Shown piece after piece: positions 1 to 10,183 of a stretch of 64,000 nucleotides of DNA; position 1 is the first letter of the stretch, and every line of letters starts with the position of its first letter. Location of the stretch: NCBI GenBank assembly GCA_964514545.1, contig CAZETR010000011.1, positions 102,413 through 166,412 of the forward strand, read 5' to 3'. The translations under genes and the position numbers were made by a program. Below the pieces are notes generated by a model that made no database searches, was not told where the DNA came from, and saw only the letters and a list, made by a program, of their open reading frames with translations. Source of the DNA: an uncultured Gammaproteobacteria bacterium. Lineage in GTDB: Bacteria; Patescibacteriota; Microgenomatia; CAZETR01.

Positions 1-125
1 AAAAATTCCTCGAATGTTTTGTCAGTTTTACCTCGGTCGACTCTTTTTTGATGATACTCGTGAAGCATATCCTTTGATTCAGAGGGCGCGGGAAGAGTTT
101 CGATGTCAAGATATAAGATGTTCAT
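1..125 (-). CDS. partial CDS (N-terminus only, continues off the window): possible RNase H-like / 3'-5' exonuclease-fold protein
   Basis: The reverse strand from ~125 translates MNILYLDIETLPAPSESKDMLHEYHQKRVDRGKTD.... The YLDIET start resembles exonuclease/RNase-H-like N-termini. The gene is truncated by the window edge. Confidence 0.3.
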   Translation of the reverse strand, partial: MNILYLDIETLPAPSESKDMLHEYHQKRVDRGKTDKTFEEF

Positions 126-139
126 AGAAGTAAGACCTC

Positions 140-781
140 TTACCTACCCAAAAATCTTGTGATTTTAGCTTTGGAGCGGAGATCGGTAATAAGTTTTGTT
201 AAGTTTTCAGTAATTTTTTGGCTGCGGAGGTATTGGTCTGCCTGGTTTCTTTTTTCGGCCGTCGTGGTTGCGGTCATTAACTTTTCGTTTTGTTTGATAA
301 AGCTATCGATATCTGTATCAGTAAGGCTTATGTCCTTGCCGGCTAGTTTCTCGGCTCCAAGTTGAAGTCTAAGCTGTCCCTTGACCTCTTCTAGGTTAGT
401 GTTTCTAAGTTCAAGTTCTTTTTCTAAACTTGAGTTTTGAGGAACGGTTTTTCTAATCTGGTCTATTCTGGAGTTTAATTCTTGCTCAGAAATTACAATG
501 TTCCGTTTTTTGATTTCATCTCTGAACAGGATTTCGGTGATCAGACTGTCTACGGTTTGGCCAGCATCGACTTGCTGGAGTCTTTGATTTACACGGAAAG
601 TTGAAATCGGTTTCCCGTTAACGATAGCGGCTATAAACAAGGGTTTATTTTTCCATGCAAATAAGACCAAGATGAAGGCTAAGAGAAGAAGTACATAGTA
701 TTTTGTTTTTAAGGGAAGGCGAACTATTGACTCATTCTCAGGTTTCTGAATAACTGGAGGGGTAATTTTTGAGCGAGGCAT
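140..781 (-). CDS. membrane-anchored SurA-N-like periplasmic chaperone domain protein
   Basis: 213-aa ORF with an N-terminal TM helix and a long helical domain that resembles the SurA N-terminal/PpiD-like chaperone region. Confidence 0.45.
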   Translation of the reverse strand: MPRSKITPPVIQKPENESIVRLPLKTKYYVLLLLAFILVLFAWKNKPLFIAAIVNGKPISTFRVNQRLQQVDAGQTVDSLITEILFRDEIKKRNIVISEQELNSRIDQIRKTVPQNSSLEKELELRNTNLEEVKGQLRLQLGAEKLAGKDISLTDTDIDSFIKQNEKLMTATTTAEKRNQADQYLRSQKITENLTKLITDLRSKAKITRFLGR

Positions 782-1012
782 TTACTTGGCTTGTTTAGAC
801 TTAGTTTTAGATTTAACGTTTTTGTGAGCTATCAATCGTAAATGGGCCAATACATCTTCAGCTTTTGTCTTTAGCTGAACCGCAATTTTTTTAACTTTGT
901 CCCTATTTTTCTTATCCGATAGAGCGACTGCTGCTGCAATTGAACTTGCAATGGCTGCTCCGGCTCCTACCAAAAGAGCTTTTTGGGAACGTTGATTGTT
1001 TTTGGTGGTCAT
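782..1012 (-). CDS. small hypothetical protein with an Ala/Gly-rich hydrophobic helix and a Lys-rich tail
   Basis: ORF track 782..1099. The likely start is the internal MTTKNN (about 1012). It contains LLVGAGAAIASSIAAAVAL and a KSKTKSKQAK tail. No family was recognised. Confidence 0.3.
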   Translation of the reverse strand: MTTKNNQRSQKALLVGAGAAIASSIAAAVALSDKKNRDKVKKIAVQLKTKAEDVLAHLRLIAHKNVKSKTKSKQAK

Positions 1013-1271
1013 TTTTGATTCACCCTCTTTTACAATATTACAAGTTAGATTACACTTAAATTGTTTGCTTGACAAGAGGTGAAGATCATAATAATGCAAA
1101 TGACTAATATGCCAATTGGGGAATCCTGGAGAGATAAGGCTTCGAGATCAGCCGCGAAAGAGTTGCCGGGTTTGGCAAAGAAGGTTATAACTTTGCTAGT
1201 TGAACTCGTGAAGGGAGCCGTTGGCTTCGTTGGAGAAATGATTGCCCAAGTTTTGGGAAAGGGATGAGAAA

Positions 1272-2165
1272 CTAAAGCAATCGTTTAACAATCGCTGTTT
1301 TTATCTTTTGCAATGATCTTCCACTGTGTGACCAGTGCATGTATCTTTTGATTGAAATATCAATCTGTTGCTTTACGCCTGATTCAAAATTGGTTTCCTC
1401 GATTTCGGCGAATTTGTCTTTTTCCCAGGCTTTGAGATAAAGAACAAGCTCAGAAAAAGATTGAAGCAATGCCAGGGCTAAGCCGTGAATGCCGTCCTTG
1501 TAACCTTGCCCCGCATAAAACCGACTAATAAACTCGTCTGTGGGGCGGTTAATCAGATCGATCCAGCTAAAGCGGTACCCTGCTTTACCCAATTTTTGTA
1601 ATTGGAAGTTGGTATATCTATCTAACCGACTTAAGTACTCGCTAATTGAACCGTAGTGATGGTGAATTATGGCGTATTCTTCTCCTTCGAGTTTTTTTCC
1701 CTGTCCTAGCGGAGTCGGTTGTTTGTGGATTTCAACCGGCCAGGAAAGGGAACCCTTTTTGAAAAATCTGATCAAGAAATCCGGCCAGTAGCGAGAGTGT
1801 TGGATCCATTTGCCAAAAATGATGTTTTTTCTGGGGATCTGGTAATAGGAAAAATGGGATTTTGTGAGTGAGCGTAACTTATTGCCTAGATAGGCCGGGA
1901 TTTCTTCGTCAGCATCGAGAATGAATACCCAATCTCCGGTTGACTTCTCGATCGAGTAGTTGCGGGCAGGTTCGACGTAGCCTGTGTATTTATGAGTGAA
2001 AACCTTGGCCCCGAGCTTTTTGGCGATTTCTTTTGTTTTATCTCGCGGGTCTGTCGACATGTCTACTACAACCACTTCATCCACAAAGTTTTTAATCGAA
2101 TTAACTGCACGGGCGAAATTTTTCTCTTCATTCCAGGTGATAATGGCAGCTGAGATTCTGGTCAT
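1272..2165 (-). CDS. glycosyltransferase family 2
   Basis: AIITWNEEKN...VVVDMSTD...ILDADE motifs mark the GT-A fold (DxD). Confidence 0.8.
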   Translation of the reverse strand: MTRISAAIITWNEEKNFARAVNSIKNFVDEVVVVDMSTDPRDKTKEIAKKLGAKVFTHKYTGYVEPARNYSIEKSTGDWVFILDADEEIPAYLGNKLRSLTKSHFSYYQIPRKNIIFGKWIQHSRYWPDFLIRFFKKGSLSWPVEIHKQPTPLGQGKKLEGEEYAIIHHHYGSISEYLSRLDRYTNFQLQKLGKAGYRFSWIDLINRPTDEFISRFYAGQGYKDGIHGLALALLQSFSELVLYLKAWEKDKFAEIEETNFESGVKQQIDISIKRYMHWSHSGRSLQKIKTAIVKRLL

Positions 2166-3893
2166 TCAGTCAATTTTATCATCAAACTTATAAACACTAA
2201 CTACGTGAGGATCGTCATATATTTCAGTGAGTCCAGTTTGACTGGGACCGAAAGAAAAGTTTTGTCCTTCTAGAAGGTATAGATATTTGATGTTGTTTCT
2301 TTTTAGAAAGGAGGAGGCGTGCTTGTTGTCGGGATCTGACAGAAATTTCTCTACTTGTTCACGTCTTTCCCGCCAGGGGTAAGAGCTGATTTCCAGATTT
2401 ATTTCGTCTTCAATAAATGTCTGGTGACTAGATATCGCTGAAACGTAGGCAGTTGTTTCATAGGCGAAGACAGGTCGAGGCTCCGTAAAACGTTGGAAAT
2501 CCTCTTTTTTAAACGGATATGTCAGGACAACTCCCGGGGGTTGTTTCTTAAGGAAATTTAACGCTTTTAGTTCTGAGCTGGGAATTGCAGCTGGCGGCCG
2601 ATTTGGCAAATAGTTCGGGAGAGTGCCTAAGGTTGAAGGAATTGTAAGTAGAACAATTGAAGTTCTAAGGACTACAGAAATTCCGGGGGATAGTCTGGAT
2701 ATAAAAATAGCCGCAAATATGCCAGCTATTATCTCTGTGTAGTAGAAAAATTGGATGGTGTTCCAGGGGTTGCCTCTCTGCACAAATATGAGCGTCGGGA
2801 TGACTGAGATAAAAAGTGAAATGGTAAGAATTTGTAATATCCAACTACTTGCGCTTTCTGTTTCATTGCTGGGGAAATACTTGTTTTTTCTCAGCAACAC
2901 AACAAACCCAATAGTTCGTGTCCCAAGATTGCCAATCAAAAATACCGTCAGGGCGAACAATTCAGCTGGGATCCATTTGGCTAGATTGCGGGAATTCATA
3001 TAATTTTGCCGGGCACTCGCGAACCTCTCCCAACCAACCCGATCCCGAAATTCCATCATTGTTCTGGGAAACCATAGTGGTTCAATTTTGATTAGTCCTC
3101 CGGCATTTCGGTTAAGGGGAAGAAAAGTAAACATTGAAATTATGAAGATGGCCAGAAATAGCTTTAGAACTGCAAAGTCCCGATAAACAAGAAATCTAAG
3201 GAGTCCGAATATAAAAAGGCTAACCAGGATAATTACTCCGCCGTATACCTTTATGATTGGCAGAAGTCCGAAGATAAATGCGGTTGTCCAAAAGTTTGTG
3301 GCTGTATTTTTTTTGAATAGTTTCAACAGCTGGTTAAAGCCAAGGAATAAAAAAACCAGGGATAACATGAAAGGCGGATTAACTGGGAAGGAGATGGACT
3401 GAATTGACCAGAAGGCAGATTCTCCTCCCAATCCATGTCCCTTAATTAAATTTACTAGATACCCAAAACTACCGCCAAAATAACAAAAAAATATTGCCCA
3501 TAGACCTGTTTTTTGGTTTGCGGTCAACTGGATAACGAGTCGGTACATAAGAAGCCCGACTCCTAGGGATAGTAAGGGGGGCAAGATTTGAAAATAGAGG
3601 ATTGGGATCGGAATTCTGGTCAACTGATAAAGAAGAGCTGCAAGCAAATCGAATCCGAAGTGGTAGTTCTGTATGAGGTTCCCCGCAAATGATGGGTGGG
3701 TAAAGTTAAATTTTGCCAACTGGTTTATAAGCGATATGTGCCAAAGACCGTCGTGCGCGTTGGGTCCCCAGAATCCCATACCATATTTGTAGGATATTCC
3801 ACTTTTGATCATCACCGCGGATTGAGTCGCGGTTCCGATAAGTATTAACAGAGCTGCGCGGAGATCAACACGACGATGAAGCTGCTTAGTCAT
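2166..3893 (-). CDS. polytopic GT-C-like membrane protein with a C-terminal periplasmic domain (putative glycosyltransferase/polymerase)
   Basis: The 583-aa ORF has more than 10 predicted TM helices and a ~200-aa soluble C-terminal domain. The start is probably MTKQLHRR, overlapping the upstream gene by 4 nt. Confidence 0.5.
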   Translation of the reverse strand: MTKQLHRRVDLRAALLILIGTATQSAVMIKSGISYKYGMGFWGPNAHDGLWHISLINQLAKFNFTHPSFAGNLIQNYHFGFDLLAALLYQLTRIPIPILYFQILPPLLSLGVGLLMYRLVIQLTANQKTGLWAIFFCYFGGSFGYLVNLIKGHGLGGESAFWSIQSISFPVNPPFMLSLVFLFLGFNQLLKLFKKNTATNFWTTAFIFGLLPIIKVYGGVIILVSLFIFGLLRFLVYRDFAVLKLFLAIFIISMFTFLPLNRNAGGLIKIEPLWFPRTMMEFRDRVGWERFASARQNYMNSRNLAKWIPAELFALTVFLIGNLGTRTIGFVVLLRKNKYFPSNETESASSWILQILTISLFISVIPTLIFVQRGNPWNTIQFFYYTEIIAGIFAAIFISRLSPGISVVLRTSIVLLTIPSTLGTLPNYLPNRPPAAIPSSELKALNFLKKQPPGVVLTYPFKKEDFQRFTEPRPVFAYETTAYVSAISSHQTFIEDEINLEISSYPWRERREQVEKFLSDPDNKHASSFLKRNNIKYLYLLEGQNFSFGPSQTGLTEIYDDPHVVSVYKFDDKID

Positions 3894-5386
3894 GAGGACT
3901 TCGTAGAAAATAACCAACCAAGGTTTCTGTCCTGAAGAATTCGTCTGAACTCCGGCTCCAATTGATTTTTACTAATCTTAGATAAAGCTAATGAGTAAAC
4001 AATAACCGCGACAATTATAGAAACTGGTATTCCCGTGGGTTTGCTGATAAGTTTGAGAGTTATTAAAAGACTAAGTGACATTAAAAGGGTCGAGGCTAGA
4101 GGATTGATGAAACAAACAACTAAATTAAATCTGATATAGAGCCTGGTAATGATAATCGGGACAATCGAGGTGAGCGCAATGATGGCAGTTGCGTATGCAA
4201 CGCCCATGAAACCCAATCTGAGTGCGAAGATGGGTACGATGGTAAGAGTCGCAATAGTCCACATAATCATTAAATAAAATGTAACCCTGATCTTACCTAT
4301 GGCATTGAGGGCGCTGGTAAGTGGAGTAGAAACTGCAGCCAAAGCTGCCGAGAAAAGATAAAAGTATAAAGGGGTAAGCCCGACTTCCCATTTTGAGTAT
4401 CTGGGAATGAGCTGGATTAATGGCTTGGCCAAAATTCCGAATCCAAAAAGTATCGGAAAGATAAGGGCACAGGAAAAGAAGAGGGACTTTTCTAAAGCTA
4501 GCTTGAGAATTGTTTTATCATCCTGAAGTCTAGAGAGCGCAGGAAACGTTACCTTAGTTACGTTGTCCATGATGAACCGTAAGGGTTTCTGGGACCAAGT
4601 TTGCGCCCAGCCAAGGATGCCAACTCCCTCCGCGCCAATTAATTTAAACAGGATTAGGTTGGTAAATCGATCTTTGATCACGGCCAAAAATGTATTTAAC
4701 TGATAGGGAATTCCGAATTTTAATAATTCTTTCAGCGAGGCAGTTGAAAATGAGAATCCTACCGACCAAGAACCGAGAATATAAAGAAGGGTTGTTCCTG
4801 CTATTCCTCGACCTAGGACGGCAAAAGTATAACTGCTCAGACCATAGCCATTTTTGGCAAGAACTACTGCAATTGAATAGAAAATGAGAGTTTCAACAAC
4901 CTCAACGTACGCGAGCTTGTCAAATTTTAGTGACCTTTCTAGCAGTATTGAGGGGATTGTCTTTAAAGAGGCCAGGAAAAACCCAGCCATCAATGCCAGG
5001 AGCAGATAAACCCCTGACTGAGGGAGATTGTAGAATTTAATCAATTTGGGGAGAGCAAGAAGGACGATTGAAATCAGACCAAGTACCAGCGCTTGTTGAA
5101 TTGTAAATGTAGTGCGAAGGTCCTTGGTACTAGGTTTTTCTTTCTTTTGGATAAGGGCAGCCGCAAGGCCGATATCCGAGAAGTAACCAAGAATTCCGAT
5201 AATTTCTGTTATCGCAAAAAAGAGACCGATCTCTGATCGTCCAAGAAGAACAGTCAAGAAGAAAAAACCGAAGGATGAGATAAGCTGAACTAAGACAGAT
5301 CTGCTTATAAGCGATGTCACTCCCTTAATTGAACGTGATTTGATTAGCTCTAGATCTAGTTCTTCCTGTTGATCGGTTGCTTCCAT
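3890..5386 (-). CDS. Wzx-like oligosaccharide flippase (MOP/polysaccharide biosynthesis protein family)
   Basis: 498 aa with about 12-14 TM helices. The topology and the N-terminal SRSIKGVTSLISRSVLVQLISSFGFFFL region resemble Wzx/RfbX flippases. Confidence 0.7.
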   Translation of the reverse strand: MEATDQQEELDLELIKSRSIKGVTSLISRSVLVQLISSFGFFFLTVLLGRSEIGLFFAITEIIGILGYFSDIGLAAALIQKKEKPSTKDLRTTFTIQQALVLGLISIVLLALPKLIKFYNLPQSGVYLLLALMAGFFLASLKTIPSILLERSLKFDKLAYVEVVETLIFYSIAVVLAKNGYGLSSYTFAVLGRGIAGTTLLYILGSWSVGFSFSTASLKELLKFGIPYQLNTFLAVIKDRFTNLILFKLIGAEGVGILGWAQTWSQKPLRFIMDNVTKVTFPALSRLQDDKTILKLALEKSLFFSCALIFPILFGFGILAKPLIQLIPRYSKWEVGLTPLYFYLFSAALAAVSTPLTSALNAIGKIRVTFYLMIMWTIATLTIVPIFALRLGFMGVAYATAIIALTSIVPIIITRLYIRFNLVVCFINPLASTLLMSLSLLITLKLISKPTGIPVSIIVAVIVYSLALSKISKNQLEPEFRRILQDRNLGWLFSTKSS

Positions 5387-5400
5387 AAACTCATTTTAGA

Positions 5401-6513
5401 CTAACTCTTGAAGAAATTCTTTCTAATGCTTTGTGAAAAGGACCAAAAAAAATAAATTGTTAGCATGCTGAGAAATGGAGAAACTAATAGAAAATATCTG
5501 GGAAAGGCGCTAGTCATAGAGATAAAGATTAGATAAGTTCCGACCCACAACCAGATTAATAAAGCCAGTATGTCTTTCCTTAAAGCTATGAAAACTATTG
5601 CTAATACGCCTAATAATGTTATTGAAGGCCATAAGATGTTCCATTCGGAAACCCTAATAAATTCCGGCCCGGGCCACCAAGTTCTCCACCATCCGGTGGC
5701 TATCATTCTGATTCCCCCTCCCCATGGGGCCTGAGCATTTCCGGCCCACCAACCGGTAAGCCATCGCTGAAATTTTAAAAAACTAATAAGGCTTGGGTCG
5801 TGGGCAAACCTCGGTAGATAGGGAATGAAATATCCGACGACTGTAAGTAATAAGCTTTTGTTGAAACTGATAAATGAATAAAATCTTTTATTCAGCACCA
5901 GAACAACTTGCAATATACTAAGAAGTAACAAACCGTTAAAGTAAAATTTGATCGTCATGGAAAGACCTAAACATAGAGCTGAAAGATAGAACCAATTCCT
6001 GCTCTTGAGACCTCGTATAAAAAAATAGATACTAAGGGAAAATGCTAATAATTGACTTGTGTCTAAATTTGCAGTGGTTAATAGATATCGGAACTCGGAA
6101 TCCATGCTTTCCAGAATGATGACTAAAATAGGCAGTGTAGAGTTCGGAAATAATTTAAGGGAAATTAAATAAAGAACTCCTAGTTCAAGCAATCCGAGAA
6201 TAAGGTTGATGATGTTTTGGTTGCGGAAAAGAACAATACTCAGTCCAATTAATTGTTTTCCAAGTGGGGGAACTTCGGGGTGCAGTGCTGTCGGATCTTG
6301 TCCTTTTATATATTTATAGCCTAATATAGAGTAAAGTTCGCTATCGGAAAACTCGTGTTTTGCCTTTCCCCCCATCACTACTTGTGACACTGAGAATTCC
6401 TTTTGCCAATAATCTATATCGTACGGCGTGAGGTATGCTTGGCGATTATTGTATATAAATTGACCAAGGTTGATGATTAGTATTACCAGAAGCAGTGTGT
6501 TCAGTTTTTTCAT
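5401..6513 (-). CDS. PMT/ArnT-like GT-C membrane glycosyltransferase (GT39-like)
   Basis: A first extracytoplasmic loop carries LHPEVPPLGKQL, matching the conserved HPPLGK motif of protein-O-mannosyltransferase/ArnT-type GT-C enzymes. Multiple TM helices. Confidence 0.5.
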   Translation of the reverse strand: MKKLNTLLLVILIINLGQFIYNNRQAYLTPYDIDYWQKEFSVSQVVMGGKAKHEFSDSELYSILGYKYIKGQDPTALHPEVPPLGKQLIGLSIVLFRNQNIINLILGLLELGVLYLISLKLFPNSTLPILVIILESMDSEFRYLLTTANLDTSQLLAFSLSIYFFIRGLKSRNWFYLSALCLGLSMTIKFYFNGLLLLSILQVVLVLNKRFYSFISFNKSLLLTVVGYFIPYLPRFAHDPSLISFLKFQRWLTGWWAGNAQAPWGGGIRMIATGWWRTWWPGPEFIRVSEWNILWPSITLLGVLAIVFIALRKDILALLIWLWVGTYLIFISMTSAFPRYFLLVSPFLSMLTIYFFWSFSQSIRKNFFKS

Positions 6514-7907
6514 TTTAGGGGCTGTTCGTCCCAGACCAAGCCAACTCCACCGGTTTGAAATTGGGGGGTGGTGTTGAGATATCTGGGCGGAATTACGATG
6601 CTATATATGATCTGCGGTTTATTTGGATCCAAGGTGATTTTACTTCGCCAAAAAAGATAGTCAAAGCCAGTATTGTATCCCGACGAAATAAGAGAGGGAG
6701 AGATGCTTAATCGTCTACCGCTTGAATGACTTATAATTTTGTCAACTATCTGCTTCTTGGCCAATAGATTTGGTTCCTTAGTGAAATTCACCCACTGGTA
6801 AAAGTTAATACCCGCCAGAATGAGAATGGACAAGATAGTGACCCGATTTAACTTTGGGTGTTTAATAAAGTATGTCATTATAAGGCTCCAAATTAGCACC
6901 GTTGGGGCATATATCACCATTGGGTAATAGTCGGTGATGTGTCCAGGATAGAGAAGAAGCGAGAACGTGGTAGTCATAAATAAGAGGATGTAGGTTTGAA
7001 AAGAAAGTTTAACTTTGGCAATTATTAGTTCGCGGTAACTGATAATGGCAAAGGTGAGAAAAATTGGGAAAAAATAGAATCCCCTGAGATGAAGTCCGTT
7101 GCCAAGAATGCCAACAGGATTGTTTAACATGATTCGGAGAGGATCCCAGAAATTGATACCACCCTGTGATAGTTTGCTAAACAGACTCACCAGTGAGTCC
7201 GTGATTCGAAAATTGTGCCTTAGGTCAAAGAGCGCTAATGGCAAGGTTGTGAAGAAAAATGAAAGAATAGGGATGAAAAACTGTTTTATTGTATCGAATT
7301 TATAGCGATTTAGAGAAAGATAGATTACTGAAGTCAAAAGAAGGATTATCGAGGTGGGGTGAAAGTGAAGCCCAAGGCCGAGGATAATAAAGTGAAGAGT
7401 AAGATATTTAGAATCCGAAAGTTTCAATAGTGTATAAAACCATAAAGTGGGAATCAAAAACATTCCGTTTAGGGGAGAGGCTCCGCTGTCCCAGGTTATT
7501 GTAAAAGTGGAAAATTGGTAAATAGCTGCTGCAATAAGGCCTGTAGTTTGGTTGTAAACGAAATCCCCTAGTTTAAATAATGCCAGAGTACTCAAAACCC
7601 CGAAGAGTATTGCAAGATAACCACCCCCGACGGGGTCCATGTTAAATATCCAGTAAAATAGATTGGAGAGGTAGGTGTAAAGAGGACCGATGAATAAACC
7701 ACGCACGCTTGCTTCCTGGCCAATTAAGGTAAATTTATGATCGACTAGCATTTTTTTTGCTTCCCAGGCAAAAAAACTGTTGTCGTACTCAAATGACAAA
7801 CGCGACTGAAAGTGATACAAACGGAGCAACGTTCCCAGTAAAACGAATGTGGCCAGAAGCATCCTGTTGCGGTCAGATTTTGCGAGAAGGCGGTTGAATT
7901 GGAGCAT
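6510..7907 (-). CDS. GT-C family membrane glycosyltransferase (ArnT/PMT_2-like paralog)
   Basis: 465 aa, polytopic. An N-terminal loop motif EYDNSFFAWEAK...LIGQEASVRGLFIGPLYTYL is shared with the 10184 and 11692 paralogs. Confidence 0.6.
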   Translation of the reverse strand: MLQFNRLLAKSDRNRMLLATFVLLGTLLRLYHFQSRLSFEYDNSFFAWEAKKMLVDHKFTLIGQEASVRGLFIGPLYTYLSNLFYWIFNMDPVGGGYLAILFGVLSTLALFKLGDFVYNQTTGLIAAAIYQFSTFTITWDSGASPLNGMFLIPTLWFYTLLKLSDSKYLTLHFIILGLGLHFHPTSIILLLTSVIYLSLNRYKFDTIKQFFIPILSFFFTTLPLALFDLRHNFRITDSLVSLFSKLSQGGINFWDPLRIMLNNPVGILGNGLHLRGFYFFPIFLTFAIISYRELIIAKVKLSFQTYILLFMTTTFSLLLYPGHITDYYPMVIYAPTVLIWSLIMTYFIKHPKLNRVTILSILILAGINFYQWVNFTKEPNLLAKKQIVDKIISHSSGRRLSISPSLISSGYNTGFDYLFWRSKITLDPNKPQIIYSIVIPPRYLNTTPQFQTGGVGLVWDEQPLK

Positions 7908-9438
7908 TTAACTTGAAAAACAAAAGGTGTTCTGTTTCGCGATTAGAATTAGCTGTTTTGGGATATGAATTTATTAGACTAAGCCCAACTAAGGCAGGGT
8001 TTTTAATTGATAAACGGGAGTCATTGATAACTAAATATACATCATTGTCGATCAGGCTATTTGATAAAGACTCGGGAACGTGATCCGGAAATAGTCCGAT
8101 GCCGATTATTCGAATGTGGCGAAAATCGTTAAGATACATTTGTAACCCATCTGGTAATGTTCCAAAATATCCTTCCGTTCCGACCAGAATTGGTTTCGTA
8201 GGTTGTTGTTTTAAATAGTTTGCGACCTCCCTAATGCCGTAACCTGCCGTCCACAACTCGAAATATCCTGATTTTTCCGATTGCGGGAGATTTTGGGTTT
8301 CTGGCTTCGTTACAAGCAAAAAGGACAAAATAATTGGCCAGGAAAAGAGAAAAAAAACGACAAAGATTGAAAGATTTAATTTATTCCTGGTATTTCGCTT
8401 GTTATTGAGAATAAAACTCGCACCGGACGCAGAAAGAATTAGGAAAAATGGTATCACGTAGAGGAAGTATCTTGCCGTCAATACTTTAGCTATTAAGTTT
8501 TGAGCCATGAACGGCACCAAAAAGAGAATGATTAGATATAATGTCGGTGTGGCTTTTTTCCTTAACCCAGTAACTACCCCGACAAGAGCGAGCAGTATTA
8601 CCGGCGGTGTCAGGAAATAACCCAAATACGAAACGGCCGTTGAGGTGTTGGGGATTATCGGGGTTAAGGGATGTTTTACAATTTCGGAAAGCGGAAAAAC
8701 ATAGTCTTTGTTTCGCAACGAAATCATATGAAACTGCGGACCCAGCCGAAGGATGTTATACATGCTAATAGCTATTAGATAAATGACAAGCAGTAGAAAT
8801 GAGTTAGAGATTACGGATTTGGTTTTTCCCTTTAGGCTTGCTTGGTGATTTAGACCATATAGCAAAAAGGGCAGCGGCAACATCAATGTGAATAACTGGG
8901 CCGGAGATTTGGTAAGCAGGGAAAACCCGAGAAAAAATCCGGTAATCATAGCTGTGTCCAGGCGATGTGTCTTGGCTGTAATCAGAGCGAGGACAAAGGT
9001 CCAAGTTCCAAGGAAGGCTAAAAGGCTATCGACAAGAGCAAATCTATCAAAAAAAATTAAATAGGGGCAGAGGGAGGCTAAGATCAAGCTAAAGAAGGTT
9101 GTTGACCTGTTTTTGTAAACTAAGTGGGCAAGAATAGTTATTCCTACAACTGAACCCAATCCCGAAAGAACTGAAACGAGGCGGCCTGCGAATAACGGAT
9201 CGGTGGGTATCAGCTTTAGGAAGGGAATTATAATCCACATGAATAGGGGCTGTTTACCATCGCTGAGCGGTAAAAACCTTAAAGTAGACTCGGCACGCAT
9301 AACCTGAGCCCACCGGATGTAAATTGCCTCATCTGCAAATATAGGAACATTGTTTAGGGAAAAAATTCTGAAGAGTGCACCCGCGAGAAAGATTAGGGTG
9401 ATCAAAAGCCAAGTTTTGAAAGAGGCGGCCTTATACAT
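7873..9438 (-). CDS. ArnT-like GT83/GT39 polyprenyl-phosphate-sugar-dependent glycosyltransferase
   Basis: FADEAIYIRWAQVM...GKQPLFMW matches the ArnT family DEAxY...KPPLxxW signature. 521 aa, polytopic. Confidence 0.65.
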   Translation of the reverse strand: MYKAASFKTWLLITLIFLAGALFRIFSLNNVPIFADEAIYIRWAQVMRAESTLRFLPLSDGKQPLFMWIIIPFLKLIPTDPLFAGRLVSVLSGLGSVVGITILAHLVYKNRSTTFFSLILASLCPYLIFFDRFALVDSLLAFLGTWTFVLALITAKTHRLDTAMITGFFLGFSLLTKSPAQLFTLMLPLPFLLYGLNHQASLKGKTKSVISNSFLLLVIYLIAISMYNILRLGPQFHMISLRNKDYVFPLSEIVKHPLTPIIPNTSTAVSYLGYFLTPPVILLALVGVVTGLRKKATPTLYLIILFLVPFMAQNLIAKVLTARYFLYVIPFFLILSASGASFILNNKRNTRNKLNLSIFVVFFLFSWPIILSFLLVTKPETQNLPQSEKSGYFELWTAGYGIREVANYLKQQPTKPILVGTEGYFGTLPDGLQMYLNDFRHIRIIGIGLFPDHVPESLSNSLIDNDVYLVINDSRLSIKNPALVGLSLINSYPKTANSNRETEHLLFFKLNAPIQPPSRKI

Positions 9439-10180
9439 ATCTACCCAGAAGATCGTTGATTCTAACTCTGGCGACTTCCTTGAGCATCTCTATAGACTCC
9501 TGAATAAATTTTCTTTCCTTTGAATTACTGGTATCTGTGTCACTCCAATCTACGGTAACTTCTTTAAGTTTAAATCCTTTCTTTAGAGTGACATAAAGAA
9601 GTTCTACGTCCCAAGCGCCTACTCTCCACCCAATTCCACGCTCCCGGCGAAAAACGAACAAATGTCTAAAAATCTCTCTGGCAACTTCTAACTTAAATAA
9701 TTTAAAACCGCACTGCGTGTCTTTAATTTGCGGGAGAATAAGAAAACGCCTAAAAAGGAGAAATAAAGGGGAGGCAATTTTTCGCAGAATAGGAAAATTC
9801 TCTCTTCTAAATCCCCTGGAACCAATGACTACGTCAAAGCCATCTGTTAGATAAGGCTTGAGCTTATCCAGTTCTCTGATCGGAGTAGACTGATCCATAT
9901 CGGAAAAGAGTACGAATTTACCGCGGGCTATATCGACAGCGCTTTTTATAGTAAAGGCTTTTCCCCCTTTGGAATTTTCCAGAAGCGAAAATCCCTTTTT
10001 TGTTTTTATGGCGTTTGAAACGTACTCACGGCTTCCGTCGGTTGAATAATCGTCGGAGATGATTACCTCCCAGTCAAAGTCCTGTTTTGTTAGATAGGTT
10101 TCAACTTCTTCTAAAACTCCCCGCCTTAAATTGGCAAGCTCGTTGTAGCAAGGAATGATAACTGTTAGGTATGTATTCAC
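9431..10180 (-). CDS. GT2 polyprenyl-phosphate sugar synthase (GtrB/Dpm1-like)
   Basis: VIIPCYNE...ISDDYSTDGS...FSDMDQS...VIGSR are typical Dpm1/GtrB motifs. Confidence 0.8.
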   Translation of the reverse strand: MNTYLTVIIPCYNELANLRRGVLEEVETYLTKQDFDWEVIISDDYSTDGSREYVSNAIKTKKGFSLLENSKGGKAFTIKSAVDIARGKFVLFSDMDQSTPIRELDKLKPYLTDGFDVVIGSRGFRRENFPILRKIASPLFLLFRRFLILPQIKDTQCGFKLFKLEVAREIFRHLFVFRRERGIGWRVGAWDVELLYVTLKKGFKLKEVTVDWSDTDTSNSKERKFIQESIEMLKEVARVRINDLLGRYV

Positions 10181-10183
10181 TTT

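Noticed and set aside
1079-1267. 62-aa plus-strand ORF in the gap between two minus-strand genes
   Set aside because: It has no recognisable features and overlaps the likely promoter/5' region of the 782..1012 gene. Other small antisense ORFs in the track (8804-9004, 10191-10388, 13112-13710, 19083-19824, 56042-56266 and the like) were rejected for the same reason.
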